DNA of 10,333 nt from an uncultured Ruficoccus sp. (GCA_965140785.1 OZ223486.1:1-10333), one strand, 5' to 3'. Positions 1 to 8,186 are shown, counted from the first letter of the stretch. Numbers and translations: made by a program. The notes: generated by a model from the letters alone, not told the origin.

Positions 1-1082
1 TCCCATTCCCTGCTGGGTCCGGAAAGCCTAACGAAGTACGGACTCACTCCCGAAGGCCCCTACCCTACACGAACCGTTGACCGTGAGGGAAATCCTGTAT
101 GCATCGCCCAGGCCTGGCAGTACGGGTATGTGGTGGGCGAGTTACACCTGAGCTTTGATTCCGAGGGGCATGTCAAAAAATGCAACGGAACGCCCTGGCT
201 GCTCATTGGAGATCAGTTCAAGCACAAAGATGGCAAAGCGCTCACAGCCCGGGAAGAGGCTGCGCTCAGGCAGGATATACAACGCTCAGGTCTACTCCGA
301 ATTACCGCGCCGGATGCGAACGCAGTTGCGACTTTAGCTCCGTACAAAAAAGAGAAAGAGGCTTTGGGCGACAAGGTCATTGCAAAAGCAGAGGAGAACC
401 TCTGCCTCCGCCGTGTCCCGGGCAGCAAGCGGGATACATCCCGCTCCACTCTGGGTGATGTCTGCAACCAAAATCCACGGGTCAATGCCCATGGTGGCGA
501 TATGCAACAACTCGTGGCAGAGGCCTTTCTGCAACAGGGCCGCAGATTTTTTGATGCCGATCTCTCTCTGCAAAACGGTGGTGGCGTACGTATCGATCTG
601 GCTCCCGGCCCGATTACAGTCAAAGATATCTATACAGTGCTGCCCTTTAAAAACACTCTGGTCCAGCTCAATGCGACAGGACAGGAAATAAAAGATACGC
701 TTGAAGATGCGGTGGAGGGTGTTGTCGGGCCGGGACAGAACACCGGCTGCTATCCCTATGCCGGTGGCCTCCGCTGGAATATCGACCTGAATCACCCCAA
801 AGGAAGTCGGATCTCCCAGTTGGAAATTCGGGCAAAGATGGCAAGTACAGGCCTTTCAGGCTTGATCAGACCTATAAGGTGGCAACCATCTCCTTCCTGG
901 CTGATGGCAACGATTCGTTCACAACCCTGAAAACAATCACCGGTGCTCGACGTATCGATGTCGGCTTGGACTATGCCGAGGCCTTTCTTGCCTATGTCAA
1001 CAACCTGCCAGGAAGCCCAAAGCTCATCACCCCACTTCAAAAGGAGCAGTACTCAACCCAGGTTTTCAGGGACACTCTATAA
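1..1082 (+). CDS. 5'-nucleotidase / NAD nucleotidase (UshA/NadN family), 5'-truncated by window edge, apparent -1 frameshift at ~830-836
   Basis: Frame 1 is open from base 1 (SHSLLG...GPYP...IAQAWQYGYVVGEL). C-terminal 5'-nucleotidase motifs QNGGGVR and YTVLPFKNTL are present. After cgggcaaag the -1 frame continues KDGKYRPFRLDQTYKVATISFLADGNDSF...DYAEAFLAY to TAA at 1080-1082. Confidence 0.88.
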
Positions 1083-1096
1083 AAAAACTTACCCTT

Positions 1097-1135
1097 TCAA
1101 ATTGAGAGCATTGCCTTTTTACTCTATCAATTTGA
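1097..1135. promoter_or_regulatory. Two TCAA-W-TTGA palindromes 30 bp apart (candidate enhancer-binding-protein UAS; alternatively the nucleotidase terminator hairpin)
   Basis: TCAAATTGA at 1097-1105 and TCAATTTGA at 1127-1135 lie ~105-140 bp upstream of the sigma54 motif. The two are also reverse complements of each other. Confidence 0.4.
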
Positions 1136-1194
1136 GGGATCAGGAGAGTATAACTGCCCGTCCGATGGCCATGTTCCCCTCCTCATCTTTATTC

Positions 1195-1211
1195 TTAAAT
1201 CAATGATTTTA
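1195..1211. promoter_or_regulatory. Candidate IHF binding site
   Basis: AATCAAtgatTTT (1198-1210) matches WATCAANNNNTTR with one mismatch. The opposite strand (AATCATtgatTTA) also has one mismatch. There is an AT-rich 5' flank. Confidence 0.5.
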
Positions 1212-1237
1212 TACGGTTTTTCTCCGCAAATTATGAA

Positions 1238-1254
1238 CTGGCGCATCACTTGCT
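1238..1254 (+). promoter_or_regulatory. sigma54 (RpoN) -24/-12 promoter of the IHF/HU gene
   Basis: cTGGCGCatcacTTGCT gives an exact GG-N10-GC spacing and one mismatch to TGGCAC-N5-TTGCW. It lies 60 bp upstream of ATG 1314. Confidence 0.75.
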
Positions 1255-1313
1255 CAAGGGGTCTGAGAATATACTGCCAATAGACTGGTTGACCAACACG
1301 CAAGGAGGATTCC

Positions 1314-1595
1314 ATGACCATCACCAAAGCTGATCTTGTTCGCCAAATTTATCATTCGCATCCCGAGATGACAAAAATGCGTTCGACCCGGGCTGTGGAG
1401 CTCTTTCTCAATCTGGCCAAGAATTCTCTTATTGCTGGCGATAATCTTTTATTAAGTGGATTTGGCAAATTCAAAATCAAAGATAAGCGTCTGAGGCGGG
1501 GAAGGAATCCGCAAACCGGTGAGGAACTGATGCTTGATGCAAGACGCGTGGTTACCTTTAAGCCTTCAGGAAAACTGCGGGCTAAGGTGAATTAA
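1314..1595 (+). CDS. ihfA: Integration host factor alpha-like / HU-family DNA-binding protein
   Basis: 93 aa with motifs TITKADLV, LSGFGKF, GRNPQTGE and RRVVTFKPSGKL. Strong RBS AAGGAGG at 1301-1307. May be one of several ihfA paralogues. Confidence 0.9.
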   Translation: MTITKADLVRQIYHSHPEMTKMRSTRAVELFLNLAKNSLIAGDNLLLSGFGKFKIKDKRLRRGRNPQTGEELMLDARRVVTFKPSGKLRAKVN

Positions 1596-1601
1596 GATAT
1601 A

Positions 1602-1661
1602 CCTATTGAGGGCACAAAAAATGGGGTTTTCCCAAGCCCCATTTTTTGTGCCCTCAATAGG
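1602..1661. terminator. Long bidirectional hairpin terminator between convergent ihfA and PilZ genes
   Basis: Perfect 25-bp inverted repeat CCTATTGAGGGCACAAAAAATGGGG (1602-1626) / CCCCATTTTTTGTGCCCTCAATAGG (1637-1661) with a 10-nt centre and internal A6/T6 tracts. Confidence 0.85.
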
Positions 1662-2088
1662 CATGGCGAAACACCTTGGAGGCATAAAGCCCACCGATAA
1701 ATTCACCTACTTTTTCTTCCAAATCGATGAACTGAATTCCAACCTTGACCCCTTGCTCAATCTGTTGCACATGTCGCACCTGCCCCTTAGCCAAGACACG
1801 GACAGTGTTGAGAATAAAACCGATCTTAACGGGCTGACCAGTTGTCAGAGGCTTGTTCAGTAAAACAGCTGCTCCACCTGTACTTAGGTCAAGCAATGTC
1901 CCCTGGTGTACCCGTTCCACAGTGGCAACTTTGACGGGTATTTCACTGCACTCAAACAATTGCCCTATAGCATTGAGATCAAGACGGACAAAAGCCCGTT
2001 TATCTTGGACATTCTTTTTTTCATACTCCCAGTCAACTTCTAATCCTTCCAGGGAAGGAATCGAGTCCCAATTAATCTTTTTATCCAT
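1654..2088 (-). CDS. PilZ-domain protein (c-di-GMP receptor), 144 aa
   Basis: Both PilZ motifs are present: RxxxR (KRAFVR) and DxSxxG (DLSTGG), plus a C-terminal GIQF strand. Start is placed at ATG 2088 because GGAGGAG lies just upstream, not at 2136. Confidence 0.9.
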   Translation of the reverse strand: MDKKINWDSIPSLEGLEVDWEYEKKNVQDKRAFVRLDLNAIGQLFECSEIPVKVATVERVHQGTLLDLSTGGAAVLLNKPLTTGQPVKIGFILNTVRVLAKGQVRHVQQIEQGVKVGIQFIDLEEKVGEFIGGLYASKVFRHAY

Positions 2089-2341
2089 GGGTGACTCCTC
2101 CAAAAAAATAAAATCTAAACATTCGTAGAAACACAACCTTGCATTTGCAAAGCTTCCAGCTCTGAGCTGAGTGTAGGTACTAACAGTGTATCACAGATTT
2201 ATTGCAACCACTAAAACAATAATGATTCCTAGATAACTCAATAAATGAATACTGCAACCTTCGCGAACGCAAGCCCACAGGAAGAAATCTGCTTTTCGCC
2301 GTAAAATCGGACGTTCACCCCTGTTCATCAGCAAGAGCGCA

Positions 2342-2350
2342 TGCTACCAT
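2342..2350 (+). promoter_or_regulatory. Possible extended -10 element for the SBP-HK-RR operon
   Basis: TGcTACCAT lies ~47 bp upstream of ATG 2397. No convincing -35 was seen. Confidence 0.3.
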
Positions 2351-2396
2351 ATTTTTATCAATTCAAGAGAAGCATATTTCAGAGGAGACACCACCA

Positions 2397-3269
2397 ATGA
2401 AAAAGTTACTCACTGCGTTTATCCTGTTACTCACCTTCACCCTCAGTCTTAACCTGAGCTTGGCCAAAGATCTCAAAGAAATTCAAAAGGACGGTGTCCT
2501 TCGCCATCTCGGTGTCCCCTATGCAAATTTTGTTGCCGGAGCAAACCACGGCCTGGATGTAGAAGTCATGCGTCTTTTTGCCAAAGAGCTTGGCGTTCGT
2601 TACGAGTATGTGCAGACAGATTGGAAACATGTGATCAGTGACCTTACAGGCAAACAGTACACCGTGCATGGGGATGAGGTGGATGTCATGGGACGCATGC
2701 CCATCAAAGGTGATGTCATTGCCAATGGACTCACTGTCCTGCCGTGGCGTCAAAAGCTTCTTGATTACTCCGCCCCTACTTTCCCAACCCAGGTCTGGCT
2801 GATCACCGCAGCTCAATCACCATTACAGCCCATCATGCCCAGTGGTGATGTAGATACAGATATCGCTCAGGTCAAAACTCTTGTTGCAGGAAAATCAGTT
2901 TTAGGAATCGGAGGCACCTGTCTGGATCCTGAGCTTTATGATCTTGAAGCCGTAAATGCCAAGCCTATTCTTTTTAATGGCACCTTGAATCAGCTTGCCC
3001 CGGCAGTCTTAAAAGCTGAGGCCAACACATCTTTGCTTGACGTCGCAGATGCTCTTGTTGCCCTCGTTAAATGGCCTGGTCAGGTCAAAATTATAGGACC
3101 AGTCTCCAAACAACAGGTCATGGGCGTGGGATTTCGCAAAGATTCGCCAGAACTGCAAAAAGCTTTTGCCCAATTTTACAAACGTCTACAGCAGGATGGT
3201 ACCTATGTCGAGCTGGTCAAAAAATATTATCCTGACGTTTTTGCCTATTATCCTAATTTTTTCAATTAA
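2397..3269 (+). CDS. Periplasmic solute-binding protein, family 3 (amino-acid type / MltF N-domain-like)
   Basis: Signal peptide (MKKLLTAFILLL...SLA). Motifs GLDVEVMRLFAKELGV, GDVIANGLTV, GVGFRKDSPEL and DGTYVELVKKYY. RBS AGAGGAG. Confidence 0.88.
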   Translation: MKKLLTAFILLLTFTLSLNLSLAKDLKEIQKDGVLRHLGVPYANFVAGANHGLDVEVMRLFAKELGVRYEYVQTDWKHVISDLTGKQYTVHGDEVDVMGRMPIKGDVIANGLTVLPWRQKLLDYSAPTFPTQVWLITAAQSPLQPIMPSGDVDTDIAQVKTLVAGKSVLGIGGTCLDPELYDLEAVNAKPILFNGTLNQLAPAVLKAEANTSLLDVADALVALVKWPGQVKIIGPVSKQQVMGVGFRKDSPELQKAFAQFYKRLQQDGTYVELVKKYYPDVFAYYPNFFN

Positions 3270-3299
3270 CCCCACATTCCAGGGGAAAGACGCTCTTCG

Positions 3300-6200
3300 T
3301 TGCCCAGCACTTCCATGTCTCTAAGCAACAAGCTGACCAAACCTTCATCAGCCAACCTGCTCTCCCTGTTGGCACTGGCCTGCATGGCCGCTGTGATCAG
3401 CGGCCTTATCATCGTTAATTACCTTGCTCAAAATTCGCTCCACGATGCAAACATCAAACGCTTTCAGCAAAACCTTGAAGACCGGGGGCGAAGCCTGGAA
3501 TATTTTTTCAGTGAACGGGAAAATGATCTTCGGGCTTTGGCCAGCGGAACTGCGGTAACCAGTTTTTTTATCAATCAAGATCTGGGCATGACCATGGCCT
3601 ACGGGTTACGGGCCAGCTTAAACAATATCGAACGCTTTTTTAAAGAACGAATCGAAAACAGTCTCTTAGGCACAACTCCCATTTATTCAACATTAATCCT
3701 GCTGACAAAGGATGGTGAAATTTTAACCCAATGGCCAATGCAACCCCATCGAGGGCGACGTTCGACCACCGACTTCAGTCTTTTTGAAAAAAACACCGTC
3801 GCCATCACTATCCCTGGGAACGAATCTATCTGCTTCACCTGCCCTGTTTTTCTCAACAACGAGATCAAAGGGTTTGTTCAGGGCAGCCTTCAATACCAAA
3901 CGTTTGTAGATTACCTGCTGCGAGATTTGCGCGGCACCCTGATCATTACCCAAAATTCCAGAGTGGCCTACCACACCTTTACCGATGCCACCCCAACGGT
4001 TGAACACCTGGTGGACCTTGCCTCTGGCCAGGTCTCTCCGGTGCAAATTCAGCCCTTCCAACTAGGGCTTCAGGAAACGTCTGATCAAGTAAGGGGATCA
4101 ACACTTTTCTTCACGACCATCCAGGCATATGCCATGCAATTACTCGTCCTGGAGGGGGGCAGTGTCCTGAATCAGCAACGGAATCAATTCTATTCTCTCG
4201 CAAGCCTGATTGTGTTGTCGGTTGCGGCCTTTATTTCTGCGACCCTCATTTTTCGTGCGGGTTCCAGACGCTTGGTGCTTGAGACTTCATTGATCGAGGC
4301 GAATATCAGGGAACGAGCCATCGCTGAAAAAAAAGAAGAACTGGAACTGGTGTTGGAAGGAGCACAGCTGGGAACCTGGAGTTGGAACCCTCTTGATAAT
4401 CAGGTGGAATGTAACCAACGATACTGGTCCATGCTGGGGGAGTCTCCAGGAGAGCACCCGGCGCACCTCAATGACTGGAAACAACGACTACACCCTGACG
4501 ATGCTCAAAAGGTAATCGCCGCTTTCGAGACCCATGCCACTGGGGTAACACCTGTTTTCACCGCCGAGTATCGTATGCGACACAAATCTGGTTCCTGGGT
4601 TTGGATTCAGGATATCGGCAAAGTTGTCCAGAAGGATGCCCGGGAAATGCCTTACGAGCTTTTGGCATACACCTGGATATCACAGAGCGCAAACGATCTG
4701 TTGCCCTCCTGGCAAAGGCAAAAGAAGAATCGGATGCCATTATTCGCGATTTTCTGGATACCCTCATTGTAGTCAACACCTACCTCACTGTTGTACGAGT
4801 TAATCAAGCCACCTGCGACTTACTGGGATACAGAGAGACAGAACTCCTTGGGCGCAAAGTCACCGATCTCTTTCACGATACGGACGACCACGTTCATCGG
4901 GCTTTTGCCTTTTACACCAGCGAAGATGCTTCCACGCGGCTCAATTATGAAGAACGACGCAATATTGAGCTCTGCTACCGCCATAAAAACGGTGGGCGTT
5001 TGCCCATGTCTTTTAACATCAAGCTCCTCAAAAGCGAAGAAGGTGTTACTAGCGGCGTTGTTGCCGGGGCGAAGGATATCTCCAATCTTCGTCGAGCCAT
5101 GGACAAAATCGGCGAACAGAAAGGGTACATTGAAACCTTGTTCGATATCGTTCCCAGTGGGCTTGTTGCCCTCTCTGCTGAGCTGCAGATTGTAGAGAGC
5201 AATCGCGCTTTTCGCCAGTTGGTTACCGCCTGGGCAAATCACTTTGCCATCCCCCCGGAGCAATGTGAACAACGGTTTATTGCTCAGATGATCAAAGCCC
5301 AGGACAATCGGGATTCCTTTACCATTAAAATGCACCAGGATCATTTCACAGGATATTTTCGCTGTAACTCCGTCTTTATTGGGGTACTGCAAGGTGTTGC
5401 CTCGGTGGTCTCGATTGAGGATATCACCGATGAACGCCAGGCCGAGGAAGAACGACGGCTGTTGGCCACCGTGATCGAACAGACCGGAGATTCAATCTAT
5501 ATTACCTCCACCTCCGATGAACTCGTTCAGTATGTCAATCCTGCCGCAATTCGCAACAGTGGTTACAACGAAGAGGAGCTGCTAGGCGAGCCTCCATTGG
5601 TCTTTCGCGATAACCAGGTTGAAGATGAGATTAAACATGAGCTGCGACAGGCCATGCATGAAGGGAAGGCCTGGCATGGCCGTTTTAACATTCACCGCAA
5701 AGACGGGACCCTCATGGAGGAAGATGCCACCGTATCTCCCGTACGTAATGAGGCGGGCGAACTTACACATTACGTTGCCATCAAAAGAGATGTCACTGAA
5801 CTCTCCAACCTGCAGCGACAACTTCTCCAAGCCCAAAAACTTGAGGCTATTGGCCAACTCGCCGCAGGTATTGCCCATGAAATCAACACCCCCATGCAGT
5901 ATGTACAGAACAATGTCTCATTTTTTGGGCAGTCCTTTGCTGAACTGCAGCCCCTGCTTGTTGCCCTGGAAAACACGGAGCATACAACCGTTCCGCCCGC
6001 CCTCAGAAGTGAACTTGAAAATCAGGACCTGGCATTTTTACTCGAAGAAGTTCCCGCCAGTATCGAGGAAACCCTTGATGGTATAGAGCGTGTGGCAAAA
6101 ATTGTTGCCGCCATGAAAGAGTTCAGTCATCCTGGAGGGCATGAGCGCGAGGCAACAGACATCAACCATGCCATTGAAAGTACCCTTATCGTCTGCCGAA

Positions 6201-6631
6201 ATGAATATAAATACGATAGCGAGCTGGAGACAGAATTTGAAGAACGTTTACCCATGGTCCCTTGCTTTCCTGATCAGTTCAACCAGGTTATTTTAAACCT
6301 CATTATCAACGCAACCCATGCCATACAGACGCGCAAATCTCTGGAGCCTGAACTCGCTGGGCTTATAACCGTAGCCACCCGAACCAGCGGCAACTGGGTT
6401 GAAATCCTGATTACAGACAATGGCATAGGAATTCCAGCGGAGGTCAGAGCACGGGTCTTCGACCCTTTCTTCACCACCAAAGAAGTCGGCAAAGGGACCG
6501 GTCAAGGGCTCACCATCGCCCACGACATCATGGTGAAAAAACATGGTGGAGAAATCAAGCTCCACTCTACTCCGGGTAAAGGGACAACCTTTATTCTTCG
6601 ACTCCCCCTCAAGCCGACGCAGGCCAGCTAA
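3300..6631 (+). CDS. Membrane-bound multi-PAS sensor histidine kinase (~1110 aa if joined), apparent -1 frameshift at ~4638-4647
   Basis: Two TM segments flank a periplasmic Cache-like region. A PAS/PAC (W..RLHPDD...EYRMRHKSGSWVWIQDIG) continues in the -1 frame as GNALRAFGIHLDITERK, followed by further PAS domains. Kinase boxes: H (AHEINTP), N (NLIINA), G1 (DNGIGI), F (FDPFFTTK) and G2 (GTGQGL). The start is TTG 3300 or ATG 3315. Confidence 0.9.
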
Positions 6632-6636
6632 GAACT

Positions 6637-7596
6637 ATGCACACCAAGATTCTTCTCATTGACGACGACACGAATCTGCTGAAAAGCATGCAGCGCAACT
6701 TACGAAGGGATTTTAAGGTACTCATTGCAACAAATGGACAGCAGGGGATTGAGTTGCTTCGCCAAGAGGGACCATTTGCCGCACTTGTCTCGGATCTGCA
6801 GATGCCTCAGATGGATGGCATTGAGGTACTGCGGCGAGCACGTCACATCAGTCCGGAGACTGTCAGGATTCTCCTCACCGGGCATACTGATCAGGACGTT
6901 GCCATCAAAGCAACCAACACAGGGAAGGTCTTCCGATTTTTAACAAAACCCTGCGACACACAAACTCTGCTGACGACCTTGCAGGAGGCCAGCCTGCACT
7001 ATCATCTGGTCAATGCTAACCAGGAAATGATCGAAGAAACCCTTGTTGGTGTTGTGGGGTTGCTCTCTCTGATTCTTGGCCAAATGCGTCCAGAGGCGCA
7101 GGCAACAACCAACAGGCTCAAGCGTTATTGCCTGCATATAGCCCGGGAATCTGGATTTACTGAGCTTTGGTTAGTAGAAATGGCAGCGATGCTCTCCTGT
7201 ATTGGCTACCTGGCAATCCCTCCAGCCATCCTGCATGCCCATCGACAAGGTGCCCTTCTTCTTCCTGAACAAAAAGCTTTGCTCGCAGAATACCCCGGCG
7301 TCACCCTCGAGCTGTTGTCGCAAGTTCCAGGATTTGAGGAGGTGATCGCAATGATCGGACTGGCACATGATATTATCCCCTCAAGGGGCAGCGCATCTGC
7401 TATTTACAAAACAGAACGCGCCACACAAGGTGCCAGCATTCTTCGAACTGCCATGGCCCTAGATGAACATTTGTCAGGGGGCTTGACGCCCCATGAGACT
7501 TTAGAACAACTTGCACGTGACCACAGCTTAGAGTCAAGGCTGATAAAAACCTGCCAAAGCTATCTCCAAACTATGCGCAAGCGGGATACTCCCTGA
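6637..7596 (+). CDS. Response regulator: REC domain plus degenerate HD-GYP/HD-like output domain
   Basis: REC motifs LLIDDD, VSDLQMP (phospho-Asp), LTGH and FLTKP. The C-terminal helical domain has AAMLSCIG where HD-GYP proteins have LHDIG. It starts 5 bp after the kinase stop. Confidence 0.85.
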   Translation: MHTKILLIDDDTNLLKSMQRNLRRDFKVLIATNGQQGIELLRQEGPFAALVSDLQMPQMDGIEVLRRARHISPETVRILLTGHTDQDVAIKATNTGKVFRFLTKPCDTQTLLTTLQEASLHYHLVNANQEMIEETLVGVVGLLSLILGQMRPEAQATTNRLKRYCLHIARESGFTELWLVEMAAMLSCIGYLAIPPAILHAHRQGALLLPEQKALLAEYPGVTLELLSQVPGFEEVIAMIGLAHDIIPSRGSASAIYKTERATQGASILRTAMALDEHLSGGLTPHETLEQLARDHSLESRLIKTCQSYLQTMRKRDTP

Positions 7597-7691
7597 ACCC
7601 GTTCGAATTCTGGTACGAGGCCTGAAAAAGTGGATTACAAGAAGACTGACCACCTTTTTTAAAAAAAGCGGGTTGTCTAATGAATTGTCAA

Positions 7692-7728
7692 CTTTATGCA
7701 GCGATTTCCGAGGAATGGGGATTGAAAC
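7692..7728 (+). CRISPR. Solitary CRISPR-like repeat (37 bp; not an array)
   Basis: CTTTATGCAGCGATTTCCGAGGAATGGGGATTGAAAC has a length, 5' CTTT, 3' ATTGAAAC handle and 3'-proximal hairpin (ATTTCCG/TGGGGAT with G-U pairs) resembling Cas6-processed type I-D/III repeats. Only one copy is in the window. Confidence 0.5.
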
Positions 7729-7817
7729 AGCTCTAACGAAACCCACGACGATTATTTCTGGCGAACAAGATGAATCGAACCAGGTTTTTTTCTTGACAAA
7801 TTCAGGGGAAAAGAAGA

Positions 7818-7847
7818 TTGACAGCTGAAAAAGATTCAGGCTAGAAT
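7818..7847 (+). promoter_or_regulatory. Near-consensus sigma70 promoter, antisense to selC
   Basis: TTGACA (7818-7823), an 18-bp spacer and TAGAAT (7842-7847). Confidence 0.55.
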
Positions 7848-7881
7848 AGGGCGGCAAGAGGTCTTGAAAATACTCAAAAAA

Positions 7882-7979
7882 TGGCGGAAGTGCATGGGAA
7901 TCGAACCCACCTACCGGGTTATTCGCCCGGCACACCGGATTTGAAGTCCGGGAGAGCCACCAGTGCCCTTTCCACTTCC
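7882..7979 (-). tRNA. selC: tRNA-Sec (anticodon UCA), 98 nt
   Basis: The minus strand reads GGAAGTGG...CCGGA-CTTCAAA-TCCGG, a long variable arm TGCCGGG/CCCGGTA, T arm GTGGG-TTCGATT-CCCAT and 3' end CACTTCC-GCCA with encoded CCA. Confidence 0.97.
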
Positions 7980-8067
7980 GTTTGAAAGATCTTTGCTTGC
8001 AACAAACGGTACCTATTTTTGTTGCCCACAGAAGAGAAGAAGGTATATGTTTGCCCCCTTCGAGTAC

Positions 8068-8097
8068 TTCAGTGGTTGCGAAAGCGTTTTTTATAAT
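8068..8097 (+). promoter_or_regulatory. Possible sigma70 promoter for the 8187 gene
   Basis: Perfect TATAAT at 8092-8097 with a weak TTCAGT 18 bp upstream. It overlaps the AT palindrome ATAATTA-A-TAATTAT (8093-8107). Confidence 0.35.
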
Positions 8098-8186
8098 TAA
8101 TAATTATTTGTTCAAAACACAACTGTTTGTTGCCATTCAGATTCAAATTGGGCCTCGGCCCCTAACAGCACACACCTCGATTTTTC

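Noticed and set aside
1603..1656. SECIS-like hairpin right after the PilZ UGA (Sec read-through adding UGHKKWGLGKPHFLCPQ)
   Set aside because: The PilZ domain is already complete, the UGA itself is buried in the stem, and the hairpin is fully explained as a bidirectional terminator.
4636..4650. Programmed -1 frameshifting at CCCGGGAAA
   Set aside because: GGGAAAT is not in the X XXY YYZ phase of the upstream frame, the break falls mid-PAS domain, and two similar breaks elsewhere point to sequencing error.
7594..7662. Sec read-through of the response-regulator UGA near selC
   Set aside because: There is no SECIS-like stem, no redox motif, and the short extension is uninformative.
7600..7880. 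A bona fide CRISPR array
   Set aside because: Only one recognisable repeat is present, with no regular repeat-spacer periodicity and no cas genes.
1..7881. Genomic island integrated at the selC 3' end
   Set aside because: No integrase and no duplicated tRNA 3' end were seen in the window. The 8-bp TGGCGGAA match at ~9198 is chance-level and on the wrong side.
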